From: Amoebidium appalachense
Lineage: Eukaryota > Protista > Ichthyosporea
Assembly: GCA_963693365.1 (NCBI GenBank)
Contig: CAVNZM010000001.1
Coordinates: 1,334,562 to 1,398,561 of the forward strand
DNA: 64,000 nucleotides
Reading direction: 5' to 3'
Shown: in pieces, positions 34,144 through 46,110 of the stretch
Layout of the letters: every line of letters starts with the position of its first letter
How positions within the stretch are numbered: the first letter of the stretch is position 1
Position numbers and translations under genes: made by a program
Notes under the pieces: generated by a model
What the model was told of the DNA's origin: nothing
Database searches by the model: none
The model's input: only the letters and a program-made list of their open reading frames with translations

Positions 34144-34173
34144 GCGCAGTGGAAGCGTGCTGGGCCCATAACC
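34144..34173 (+). other. 30-nt copy of the 5' half of cytosolic initiator tRNA-Met (from G10 through the anticodon arm) abutting an LTR
   Basis: GCGCAGTGGAAGCGTGCTGGGCCCATAACC matches animal-type tRNA-iMet as I recall it. On the minus strand it is the hemivirus-type PBS GGTTATGGGCCCAG, extended. Confidence 0.85.
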
Positions 34174-35107
34174 TGTTTAATTGTATAAGTATTTGGGATG
34201 TAAGCAGAGACACAGTGGTGCAGTGTGAAAACACCACAGACACACACAACAACAAAACACGGAGCGATCGGAGAAGTGTACACAACAGACATCAATGTTT
34301 AGACACGACTGAACTCAATTTATTTTGATCGCTAATAAATACCTGAAATTCCCTTAAGTTAAATCCATACATGATTTCCGACCAGTCGGAAATCAGATCT
34401 ATGTCTAAAATAACCAATCACAATTAACTGATTATTTCCCGGATAGATCCGGAGGCACAGGAACGCACACCATAGGTCACAGCTATAAGAAAGAAAAGAG
34501 GTGAAGAGTAACGAGGAAAGAGGTGATGTTTCTAACCTATCATCGGCTACAAAGACTCAGACATTTTCTGACTAAGTCCACTGATTGGATATAGTACGGC
34601 AACACACAAAACAAAAGTGTTTGACTAAGCTATGAATCATACCTGACAAGCTAAAGTGTAGCCTAAGTGTTTTTCTACCAATCAAAACATAACGAGTAAT
34701 ATAAATCTACTCAACGTATATTAGTGAGAGAGAAATATAATTATGTGAAAGGAAACAAGAGAAGAAAGAAAGAGAAAAGAAAGAAGAAGAAAGAGGAAAA
34801 AGAAAAGAAAGCAGGACAGAAAACACGAACAGCAAAACACAGTTATAACCGAAGATATTCATGTACACATAACATGTACACGTTTCTCCCTTACTGGGTA
34901 GACTCGTGTACCTATAATCAGTTGCTGTAATCGATATCTAAACACACGAATATAGCCGACACAACACGATTACAAGTACTCAAATACACTGGAGATCGAT
35001 CTCATAATTTACGTACAAGGAGCACATCTCTTTCACTAAGTGAATGAATGAAAACATAACACGAACTGAGAAGATCTTACAATATGTAAATACCACGTAT
35101 TATAACA
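34174..35107 (-). mobile_element. Single 934-bp LTR of a second copia family
   Basis: TGTTTAAT...ATTATAACA inverted termini. Bounded by the tRNA-iMet PBS on one side and interrupted Ngaro sequence on the other. Confidence 0.8.
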
Positions 35108-35197
35108 GCTGGGGCAGCGGGCGGGCCTCCGGGTCTGAGCCTCGGGGGAAGGGGGTGGTTAGCAAGGGTGGGGCACCCTCGGGGAGATCCCGGCATC

Positions 35198-35228
<31 letters not shown>

Positions 35229-36406
35229 CAGGGCCCCGGGGGGTTAGAGTAGGGCAGCTGGGCCCGAGGAAGGGTTTGCAGGGAGGGCAGCGGGGCCCTG
35301 TGCAGGGGATGCCCGAGCACGCGGGGGTGTGGGCGGACACAGAGTTAGAAGAAGCTTAAGGGGAAGCCTCCGGGAGTGCTAGGTGAGTGTAAGGGGGGGG
35401 AGGCTCGTGGGATGGGGGGGGACTAAAATTATGTGCAGTGGCCAGAATAACGTCCTTGTGTAGGGACATTTATTCTTGGCGCGCGCGGGCGCCGTAGTTG
35501 GCCTGCGAAAAAAATTTACTGAGCCCGAGTGGCCCGTTTTTCCCGAGCTCCGTGTCCTTGTACCCGTGTATCCTAGCTCCTAGCCCCTATGTTCTATCTG
35601 TGGGTGTGGGTGTGCGCGTAGACTAGGCATTGTGCTTGCAGTCTTTGCGGGGGGGTGTGCCAGAGCAGAGCGGGCACATGTGGGAGAAGGGGCAGGGCTG
35701 CTTAGCGCAGGACCGACCGTTGATGTGGAAATTCCTGCAGTGTGTCGCGGGTAGATCCACGGGTCGGGCCGGTGGTGCCGGGCCGGGTTGCGGGCGGTGA
35801 GGGCGGCAAGGACGGCGTCCTGAGAAGTAATTGGCGGGGATGGCGGGGCCTGAGGAGGGACTTCAGGAGGGGGAGAGTAGCCGGAGGGTCCGTAGCGGTT
35901 AGGGCCTCCGGAGGCGCGTCAGTGCCCGCGGGAGCGTTGGTCAGCCTGTGGCGGAGGTCGCTGCGGGTTAGGGGCTTAGGTGCCGCGGCAGGGGCGGTGG
36001 CTGAGGCCTGGCGCTATTTCGGCGGCATGCTGACCGGCGTAGGGAAAGATAGGGAGAATGAAAAGAAAATATAGCTGTAAAGCTGTAGGTGCTCAACACA
36101 GAAGATGTGTCTGTTGCTTGCTGATCTGCTAAAAACTGTCGTGCTTATATACCTGAGGCTACCGATCTGCCCCAATCAAAATCGATCTAGTGTTATGTGA
36201 AATCTGAACCTGAGCCAATCAAACTCGGTCTAGTGATCTGTGGAATCTGATGTTTTGATCGGCTAATAGGTGCCTGTATGCGGGCAGCCGAACGCGAGCT
36301 GCTAAAACACGAAATGAAACCTACATGGTTATGTTGATATCGGACACCCATCCTACGTGTTTACCCAGAAAAATATTTATGTCAATAAAACTCCACAAAT
36401 AAAACC
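35108..36406 (-). mobile_element. Ngaro 5' fragment (copy 2): A1, internally deleted gag, start of RT region
   Basis: Exact left end at 36406. A gag deletion junction lies at ~35795. Cut by the LTR at CTGCCCCAGC. Confidence 0.9.
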
Positions 36407-36600
36407 ATTGCGTTGGTTCTCTTCCGAGCCTTCTCGCTAAGAGAAGAGTCTTATGCTCTTGTCATCATACGACGACAAGCTCGTATTAGTCCTTGCAACT
36501 CGTTTAGTCCTCGCAACTCATTTAGTCTTCACAACTCGTTGGGACTCACAAATCATCTAGTATTAGTATTCAGACACTAGTAGATAAATTTAAATGCATA

Positions 36601-36650
36601 CATGTAATATTCTTACAGGAACTCGGTACAAATAATATCTTAACTTTGGG
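36601..36650 (+). pseudogene. Possible cob fragment
   Basis: HVIFLQELGTNNIL resembles cytochrome b HLxFLHExGSNNPLG; very short. Confidence 0.35.
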
Positions 36651-36724
36651 TATAAGAGATGTACTGCTTTAGAAAATAATCTTACAAAGAATGGCAGAAT
36701 ACAATTAACATAATGATCCCTAGA

Positions 36725-36821
36725 GATTCCACTATATGCGGGAACCTAATTTTAATAAACGAGACTAGACAGAAATCTTATTTCGGCAGTAAAATAACGT
36801 TAATATTGGAAATTCCGCAGT
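36725..36821 (+). ncRNA. Group I intron core remnant, 5' part (continues at 40209-40300 after the Ngaro insertion)
   Basis: P-like ACTATATGCGGGAA and Q-like AATTCCGCAG before the insertion; R-like AGAATCCTCTAAGACGACA after it. Confidence 0.45.
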
Positions 36822-37495
36822 TCTATGAAAACTACTCCGGGACGTGTGTTGCCTCTAGGGGGACATCCCCTTGGACGAAAGTGAACCTGCAATGGTTGTA
36901 AACCACGGCAAGCCCCCAGTCATCAATTTATTGATCCGTGAGGTCCTTGTGCCCAAAAAACGGGGGAAGTCTTCGCCCCGTGAAAAAACAGCACGTATGT
37001 GGGGATCAATGGGGGTTGAGTGTAGGGTGTAGGTGGGTGGGTGAAAAAGAAAATATAGCTGTAAAGCTGTAGGTGCTAAACACAGAGGATGTGTTGTTGC
37101 TTGCTGATCTGCTAAAAACTGTCGTGCTTATATACCTAAGGCTGCCGAACTGAGCCAATCAAAACCGATCTAGTGTTATGTGAAATCTTATCCTGAGCCA
37201 ATCAAACTCGGTCTAGTGATCTGTGGAATCTGATGCTTTGATCGGCTAATAGGTGCCCGTATGCGGGCAGCCGAACGCGAACTGCTAAAACATGAAACGA
37301 AGCCTGTTGATATCGGACACCCATCCTACGTGTTTACCCAGAAAAATATTTATGTCAATAATTTCCACAAATAAAACCTCTATGAAAACTACTCCGGGAC
37401 GTGTGTTGCCTCTAGGGGGACATCCCCTTGGACGAAAGTGAACCTGCAATGGTTGTAAACCACGGCACGAGAGCAGTATGCTTGCTCCAAAGGTT

Positions 37496-38767
37496 TCACT
37501 TAAGAATAGAGGCGAATACACGTGTGGTAGTGGCAGCAATGGAGGCCGGACGAAGTCGGGTATAGATCAGGAAACAGTCGGAGGACCACCTGCCGAGTTG
37601 TTTGATCCGGGAGTCGTCGACCCCGGCCTCAGCCAGTGCTGTGGGCCCCCCGATGCGGAGGCTGTGTCCGGCAAACCGGGAGGGTGAGAGGCCTGCCCGG
37701 GAGAGGAGGGCACGGAAGTCGGCAGAGAAAGCACTCTTGGTGTAGGGGATGCCACCGAGACTGAAGAGGGGGTCGTTGGGTTGACCGGACGTTGTATCCA
37801 GGAACTGCCGGAGGAGATGGGCTGGGGAGAAGTGGGTGAGGGGCAGGGCAGCTAGAGTGACGTTGACACCTCGGGCCTGTACATCCGTCTTAGAGGTTGG
37901 CAGGTGGAGGGTGGCATGGGACAAAGTACCGGTGGGGGTGTAGGTGAAGGTCACGTCTTTCCGTTTAACGTGACGGGACGGGTCAAAGGAAGTCAGGGTT
38001 TTGGAGGTAAATTCCCCCGAACGGAGGAGACCACAGAAACCGACGATGAGGGCCGTCCATAGCCGTAGATTAGCCGAGGAGGCCTTGGTGGGGCACTGGC
38101 CATGGAGTAGGCTAAGGTGGGAGGGCAGGAGGGGCTCCCTGGTGGATGATCGGGGTCGGATGTTGTGAGAAAGCTGCCATCTGCCCACCCCTCGGAAGAA
38201 CCAGGCCAGAGACTTGTCGTGGGGGTAGGGAGCAGGGAGGCCCATGTCGAGGTGGAGTCTGGTGATGGCTGAATTGTAGCCGGCCAAGGAAGAGGCCTGT
38301 ACCACTCGTTGGGCACACCAGGCGAGAAAAAGCTGCACGGTGTGGGGGGAGGCCGGGAGGGAGGACCCGGCGGAGGATTGCAGCCGAGATGCCACACAAA
38401 AATCGATGAACACTTTTTTTTTTTGTACCCTGGAGTAAAAGGCCCGAGAGTCGAGGTTGAGACTCAGGGCCTGGCATTCCTGCAGGGTAGTGGTGGCACG
38501 AAGCAGCTCGGCCGGAGCAAAGTGGGGGGCCAATCGGCCAGCGTTGCTCCGGAAGGGGAGATCTGGGGGGGGGGGGGGGGGGGGGGGGGGGGGTGAGCCC
38601 AGGGGAAGGGATAGGAACTTGTGGACCCAGAAGGGGAAGGGGCAGGGCTCCGGTTGCAGGTAAGGTCGGAGTCGTCGGGTCCGGGGAAGTTGGTTACGGA
38701 GGAGCTGCGCGGCGAATGATTGGGCTGGGTAGGGGGGCCAGCAGCTCCCAGAGGCGGGAGGTGTCAA
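37496..38767 (-). CDS. Tyrosine recombinase fused to RT/RH remnants, 423 aa
   Basis: R, K, HSLR, W and Y residues intact. The RNase H stop is changed to TCA. The deletion joins AAQLL to RNQLP. Confidence 0.75.
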   Translation of the reverse strand: MTPPASGSCWPPYPAQSFAAQLLRNQLPRTRRLRPYLQPEPCPFPFWVHKFLSLPLGSPPPPPPPPPPDLPFRSNAGRLAPHFAPAELLRATTTLQECQALSLNLDSRAFYSRVQKKKVFIDFCVASRLQSSAGSSLPASPHTVQLFLAWCAQRVVQASSLAGYNSAITRLHLDMGLPAPYPHDKSLAWFFRGVGRWQLSHNIRPRSSTREPLLPSHLSLLHGQCPTKASSANLRLWTALIVGFCGLLRSGEFTSKTLTSFDPSRHVKRKDVTFTYTPTGTLSHATLHLPTSKTDVQARGVNVTLAALPLTHFSPAHLLRQFLDTTSGQPNDPLFSLGGIPYTKSAFSADFRALLSRAGLSPSRFAGHSLRIGGPTALAEAGVDDSRIKQLGRWSSDCFLIYTRLRPASIAATTTRVFASILK

Positions 38768-38862
38768 CGTGGTGCTGGGGCAGCGGGCGGGCCACCGGGG
38801 CTGAGCCTCGGGGGAAGGGGGTGGTTAGCAAGGGTGGGGCACCCTCGGGGAGATCCCGGCAT

Positions 38863-38899
<37 letters not shown>

Positions 38900-39277
38900 C
38901 AGGGCCCCGGGGGGTTAGAGTAGGGCAGCTGGGCCCGAGGGAGGGTTTGCAGGGAGGGCAGCGGGGCCCTGTGCAGGGGATGCCCGAGCACGCGCGGGTG
39001 TGGGCGTACACAGAGTTAGAAGAAGGGAGGGAGCGCTAGGTGAGTGTAAGGGGGGGAGGCTCGTGGGATGGGGGGGGAGTAAATTTATGTGCAGTGGCCA
39101 GAATAACGTCTTTGTGTAGGGACATTTATTCTTGGCGCGCGCGGGCGCCGTAGTTGGCCTGCGAAAAATGTTACTCAGCCCTAGTGCCCCGTTTTTCCCG
39201 AGCTCCGTGTCCTTGGACCCGTGTAACCTAGCTCCTAGCCCCTATGTTCTATCTGTGGGTGTGGGTGTGCGCGTAGA

Positions 39278-39837
39278 CTAGGCATTGTGCTTGCAGTCTT
39301 TGCGGGGGTGTGTGCCAGAGCAGAGCGGGCACACGTGGGAGAAGGGGCAGGGCTGCTTAGCGCAGGACCGACCGTTGTGGAAATTCCTGCAGTGTGTTGC
39401 GGGTAGATCCACGGGTCGGGCCGGTGGTGCCGGGCCGGGTTGCGGGCCGGGTCGGTTGGGGGTTTGTCCCCCGCCGGGCTTGTGGGGGGGCTCGAAACCA
39501 TCAAGACCACAGCCGGGCTTGGGGTACATGGGGCAGGCCGCGCTGGGGTGGTCGGGGAAGCCGCAACGCTGACATGCGTCCGGGATGAGCAGAGTGGGTG
39601 GCAGGAGGAGATCCTGGTGGAGTTGGGCGAGCAGGTTGGGACACTCGATCGGAGCCCGACCCTGTTGGTGGGCAACGGTTCGGGCGTATACGTCATAGTT
39701 GTGGATCTGGGTCCACGGGTATCGGGTGCTGAGGCGAGTGATGCGTTGGTCAGCCTGTGGCGGAGGTCGCTGCGGGTTAGGCGCTTAGGTGCCGCGGTAG
39801 GGGCGGCGGCTGAGGCCTGGCGCTTTTTCGGCGGCAT
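39278..39837 (-). pseudogene. gag: Ngaro gag with internal deletion and frameshift
   Basis: MPPKKRQ...LTNA is joined out of frame to the distal part; the zinc fingers remain in another frame. Confidence 0.8.
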
Positions 39838-42800
39838 GCTGACCGGCGTAGGGAAAGATAGGGAGAAGAAAAGAAAAAGAAAATATAGCTGTAAAGCTGT
39901 AGGTGCTAAACACAGAGGATGTGTTGTTGCTTGCTGATCTGCTAAAAACTGTCGTGCTTATATACCTAAGGCTGCCGAACTGAGCCAATCAAAACCGATC
40001 TAGTGTTATGTGAAATCTTATCCTGAGCCAATCAAACTCGGTCTAGTGATCTGTGGAATCTGATGCTTTGATCGGCTAATAGGTGCCCGTATGCGGGCAG
40101 CCGAACGCGAACTGCTAAAACATGAAACGAAGCCTGTTGATATCGGACACCCATCCTACGTGTTTACCCAGAAAAATATTTATGTCAATAATTTCCACAA
40201 ATAAAACCAAAACTAATTTCGATAATTATCCATTAGTAGAATCCTCTAAGACGACATTCAAACTAGCTGTTAGACGTGTGAACTGACAATATAGCATACT
40301 TTTAGGTGTGAGCTTAAGGGGGTTTGAATGAATAGTCTTATACTTAAGAAAATAGAATTAAGAAAAATTTTCAACTTAAGGAAGGTTAAACTTGGCTATA
40401 TATATATAGATATTTTTAGAGCTCACAAGATTATACAACTATTTAATTTATAGTAGTAAAATTTTGTTTAGATTTAGCAATCGATAGGAAACTAATTTAT
40501 ACTTAATACTATCACATATTACCAATAATCGTCAATGATACTTGTAGCTTCTTAACATTCATGATCACCAAAAATCATCACTGACCCTCATAAGCCCCAA
40601 TTACTATTTACTCATGTATGAACAACAATTATTAATGACCCATGTCATGCATGAGTTCCCTTTATTAATAACCCATACAAGACCACCAATCCTTAATGAT
40701 CTATATATGTGATTAATAGATTATCAAGCAGTTCACTAAACTCTAATGTCACAAGAGCTCAACGAGTAGTTGCTGAAATTCAATAATTATTTAGACAAGT
40801 TATCAACGTTCATTTAGTAATTCACATTACGAACGCCTGTTTAGCTATAAAATACCCCCTCTAAATACACAAAGTCTTTTATATGTGCACAAGACCTCCC
40901 CCTAAATGCGCAGAATCTCTCTTAAATACACAGAATCTATTCTAAGTACGCAAAATCTCTTCCAAATGAATCGGATTCTGCATGCTAAAACTGAAGCCTT
41001 TCTAGTACAACTTCTTCAGTACAAGTCTCTTAAAGTTCTTAATATCTTTGTAGCTCAATCCATAATTGGTTGGATTTAAATATATTTATCCTTATCTCTC
41101 AAAATACTTCCCGGTCATGTGAATAAACTCGTTAGTACTAAATACTTTTTAGCTCTCTCGGGTAAGGATTTTTGCTTCTTTATTAGTAAGTTCTTTAATT
41201 AGAACACGCTCATTAAATATACATCTTGTTATCAACATTTAACCGATCATCCTTTATTAACAATAACACAACATCATTATACAAGATAAAACAGCGGAAG
41301 AGTCCTAAGTGTGCGATTTTTTTAGTCCCCCCACTCACGCATAGACGAGATACATTTGTAATGTGTATTACTAGATGTACGAAGATAGATTTTCTAAATA
41401 ATAATTAAGCCTGAACCCCTCGTTGAGTCCTTATAACATCAGAGTTTAATGTACTACTAGGTAATCTAATTATTAATAATTAGATCCTTAGTAAAGGGTA
41501 CTTTTGAGGCTCATGCATAATATAGGTCATTAATATGTGATACTTATACATAAATAATTAGAAATTTAAGCTTATGAATTACAAGTGTAAATATTGCTTT
41601 TTGGCCTCCCTGAATATTAAGAAGTTACGAATGTTATTTAAGATTCTGGATCTTCTATGCTAGTATTATGTGTAAATTGATTTCTTGTGGGTTTTCTAAT
41701 GTTATTTTACGGATAAAAGGAATACCTGTCGAGTCTATGGGAGAGTTTAAGGAGATTCTCATATCTAGTACAGTTTATTTGGGATTTTTTGTGTTAGTCG
41801 CATTCTGCAATTCTATATAATACTACTTTCTCAAGCAGTACATATTTACCCGAAGTTATAGTATTATTTATGCTCATATAAGAATATTTCATCTACGCCT
41901 TAATACATTAATATCTGTATATTGGGGTTTTATTAGATTTATTTGGTAAGGAATCCAAAGTTGCTTCTTAAAGATAAATATCGAATTTTTATAAAGAACT
42001 GTTACTCTTTTACATTTTGGTAACCCGCTGTGTAAATGATAAATTGCACTAGACGCAGCCTATCTAGACGCGAAATTAAAATACTTATGGCAAAACAATG
42101 TTACTGCTCTATGATTTCAATTTAAAAGTGTCAGACTTACAATACACGGACGTTTAAATAGCTAAATCAACCGAACCTCCAGTATGAACTTATAACCTTA
42201 ATAAGAATAATAATAGCATACGATATTTATATGCCATTGTAACTCGGTTATCCTCACCAACCAATTCACCCATTTTCAAATCTTTTCAAATTTCTCTTCC
42301 TAGCTAAAAGCTATTTTTAATATTATCCATATATTCTTATTTTTTCTTTATATCCTCTTTTTCTATGGTTTATAATCTATTTACTATCATGACATTTATA
42401 TTATCTTATATAAACTATTTATCCTTATTTTTCTCATTATATCATTTATCAATCCTCCTTATTCATTAATCTTCATCTATCTACTAATTTTACTCTTACA
42501 TCAATCACTATGTCTTTAGCTCTACAAACCCCATCGACCTCTTAACATTCTATTTTTTCTCTAACCAATTTTTAATCTCTAACCTATTCTTCTGTCTCTT
42601 ACTAAGAAATCCTTCCGTCTCTCTAACCAAATTTTCTACTTATTACTAAAAATAATCCCGCCTCTCAAATCAATAAATTGTCTCCTTCCATTTGCCTCTT
42701 GCTCTATTCATCTCATTCTAATACCGAAGAGGTGCTTAGATTCTTCTTCCTTTGATCTTTTACTTATAGATACATTCATCCTGTTATATTAAATCCCAGA

Positions 42801-43604
42801 AAAGGTGCTCAAATACTTCTTATATTTGTCTTCTTCCTATCGATTCCTTCATTATTTTTAAACGATCCAAGGAGAGTTGCTCAGATGCTTTCTTCATTTA
42901 ATCCATTTATTCCTGCCTAATCGATCCAAGGAAAGGTGCTCAGATGCATCTTCTATTCCTCTTCATCTAATCAATCCCAGAAGAAATGTTTAGGAAAGTC
43001 CCTTTACAGCAATATAAATGCTCTGTACAAAAGCTGAAAAATATGGGTCCAGGAAGTCAAATGCAAAGGGAGGGGTACTTTTTCTAAACTGCGCCCCTCT
43101 AAAGGAAATAACTTTCCGTAAATAATCCTAGCACTATAGAAAAAAGATTTCTTCCCTTTATAGAATTAACCGATCGATTTGATTCGAATCAGTTAAACAA
43201 GGCATGTGTACCCCTATATACACAAGTTCAGGTAAAGCACTAATTCCCCCTATAAATTAGCGTCTTAGTGAGCCGACTGATTTAAGTCTCCGATGCCACA
43301 AAGCAAACTTTACCATGTTCCTTTTATAAAGTTATTAAATATTCTTTCTATAAAGTTAAAAGACATACTAGTTAGTATCTCTTTAAACGGCTAGAACTAT
43401 TAACTTTCAGTTATTTCCTATTTATATACACTAGATGGATCAATGTCTCCTCTGTTCAATCAAAGGAAGTTTTGTACTATTTCCACAGCGGTAGTACTAT
43501 GGTACTGGTATTCTTTAGAATATCTGTGCCATTTTTACTAAGATCATAAGAATAATACTTAGTAAGGTGTAGCTCTCAATTCGGAGAGCTAAGAATAGAT
43601 TAGA

Positions 43605-43805
43605 TAAGAGAGAAAATAAGAGAAGATGAAGAATAAAAAAGAGTAAATAAAGAAAGAATAAGTAAAGAAAGAATAAGTAAAGAAAGAGTAAATAAAGAAA
43701 GAATAAGTAAAGAAAGAGTAAATAAGAAAAGAATAATTAAGGAAAGAATAAATGAGGAAAGAGTAAGTAAAAAAAGAGTAAATAAGGAAAGAGTAAATAA
43801 AGAAT
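43605..43805 (+). repeat. 15-bp purine-rich tandem repeat (AAGAAAGAATAAGTA)
   Basis: About 11 copies. Confidence 0.85.
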
Positions 43806-43833
43806 CTAATATTATTAAGAGAAAATAATTTGT

Positions 43834-44190
43834 TCAAACCAAGATATAGAAAGCCAAACCTTGAGCTTTCATTGCTAAGTACACAGTTAATAAACATTGT
43901 ATGCCAATTAAGAAGATCCTTCCTAAATTAGCTAAAGTAATTAACCCTACTCGTTCCATTCCCTTTTTCTTCTTTCTATACATCATTAATTCATATTCCA
44001 CGATTAACTGCCCATATTCTCCGGTTAATCCTATTGCTCTTTCTAATTTATCGCTTTTTAATCCTACGATAATAACTATTCCTATTATCACTATTATACT
44101 AAATTTATTACTTCTACTTTGTCCATAAAACATTATTATTAAAACTGCTATACCTACTAATGCTATATTTGTTCCATTTTCCCTTACATG
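43834..44190 (-). pseudogene. nad2: Decayed nad2 N-terminal fragment
   Basis: The ORF ends LGRIFLIGIQCLLTVYLAMKAQGLAFYILV. Homologous to 2792-3193. Confidence 0.65.
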
Positions 44191-44499
44191 AATGATGTCG
44201 TATATATTTTCTCTTTCCTATTATTGAATAATTTAATTCTACTTCTATTATTACATTGATTTATTTAATTTTATTTCATTTCACTCCTATTGTACTATTG
44301 TCATAACCATAAACTACTTAATTTACTTTACAAATTTGTTAATTACAATTTAAGATTCTTATTGGTTCCCTAAATTGGAGCCCCGCGGAAGTTCCGTAGA
44401 CTTCCGTAGGTACCCAATTCCTCATCGGCTAAAACTCCGATTTTTAAATTTTGGGACTCCATTTTTACATTTTCCGGACATCTGGATTTAGGATTTCAA

Positions 44500-44581
44500 T
44501 TTTCATCTTATATCCTGACGATAGCTTGATAAAGAAGAAGGGGAGAGGGGGCGAGGTGAAGAATTATCTCTAGGGGGCCCC
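44500..44581 (-). repeat. Terminal motif (single copy)
   Basis: CATCTTATATCCTGACGATAGCTTGATAAAGAAGAAGGGGAGAGGGGGCGAGGTGAAGAATTATCTCTAGGGGGCCCC. Confidence 0.85.
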
Positions 44582-45304
44582 ATTAAGCAATAATAGTCCA
44601 ATTTGTTAACTCAAGAACTTTAATATATAATCTTAGAGATTTTTATTCGCTTTCTCTATGCATCTAAGAGCATTAATCATTAAAAGATATCTCACTAAAA
44701 GATATTTTATTCAAAGACATCTGACTAATAGACACGATGTCTCGTATCGTAGATTATAAATAATGTCTCTCAGCTGGGGGAGGTGAGATTGATTACCCGT
44801 GTAACTCTTATTGATGACACTAAATTAAAGTATGTAAATACAATAATGATTGACTTAATCCGTAACATTTATCTCATCTTCAAGAAATGACGTATTTGAA
44901 TTATAGGCAGCAAGACAAACATCTACTGAAGGTGCTATAGCTTCTTTATTATTAATGCTTGAGTTAATAAGTTATTCAGCTAGAGCTGTTGAAGCTCCTT
45001 GTGAAATAGCTCTCCATCAAAGTATAAAGAATAAAGCTAAAGCAACACCAATGTGCGGATTAGCAATTTAAATATAAGGAACCAGTCTCATTAAGTTCAG
45101 AACTACTATATATGAAATTAATAGGAAGATAGATGGAAAAGAAGTTAGTACTTTTTCTCCAAGGTTATCCCCTCATTAATACATAACAGTCTCGTATAAG
45201 ATTTTTACTATAGATTATAACCTAGTTGGTACGATGTACCTTCTATCAATGCTTAATTTATATGTTGTTATTCTTATCCTAAATTCCCTAAGGAATAACA
45301 GAAA

Positions 45305-46110
45305 CTCCGCGTGTAATCTCTGAGGATTCTACTAATAGATCTTTATCTACTTTAGTTTCCTGTTGATTGACCTGCTCTTTGTGTCCAGAGCTATTATATA
45401 TATATTTAAGATACTCACTCTTAGAGAGTTCTTAAATTTTTAGACTATCTCAGCATATAGCGAAATTTATACTGAACTAGTTGTGCTAGTACTACTTACC
45501 GCACCTTGTTTTACTAATGCCGATGACACGAATAAAAGAAAAGATGGAGTTAAGAATAGCAGCATTTAAAAGAGATAATTTATTAATATCTCAATAGGGT
45601 ATAGTAACTCGAAACACTAAATCCTAATTAGATAGATGGGAAAAAGCTGCTATGGTAATAAGCTCATAAATTTGAGAAGGATAACAGAGCTTCTGATGTG
45701 CTAAAGATACTCATTACTTCTTCTTCTCAGAAAAATGTCCTAATCCTACAATCAAGATGATAATCAATGAACTCCTCGAATGAGAAGATCAATTCTAACA
45801 GGTAATGATCATTATATCTCCATTTTTATAATTATGAAATCAACATACAGTACTCAATGTGAATACTAATGCAGTTAAACCGACATAAATTGGCTATAGA
45901 CTTGATGAAACTAATTGATATGAGCTGCTTATGAAAGCATATAACCATAATAAGTGATACTTGTAAAAATTACATTATATATATGGTGATCTCAGAGTAC
46001 CGTACCTGGTACTCCTAAATCGGTATGAATAACTAGTATAGTAACTAGTACTCCTAAATCAACATAAATTAATTCTCCAAATGCACCTGCTTTAATTGAC
46101 ATTATTATTA
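45305..46110 (-). pseudogene. cox1: Third decayed cox1 plus group I intron module
   Basis: SALVKQGAV-like piece at 45497-45550, then P (45449-45468), Q (45359-45368) and R (45312-45325). Colinear with 24500-25300. Confidence 0.65.

Larger units (their letters stand above)
36822..40208 (-). mobile_element. Internally deleted Ngaro (copy 3) with all four repeats and YR retained
   Basis: A1 ~39874-40208, B1 37379-37467, A2 ~37042-37378, B2 36822-36910. About 0.6 kb of gag and 1.4 kb of RT/RH are missing relative to copy 1. Confidence 0.92.

Noticed and set aside
34144-34173. Functional tRNA-iMet gene
   Set aside because: Only 30 nt; the acceptor stem and T arm are absent.
40300-42250. Possible homing endonuclease remnant after the intron piece
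   Set aside because: No LAGLIDADG or GIY-YIG motif could be recognised by eye; a translated HMM search with genetic code 4 is needed.
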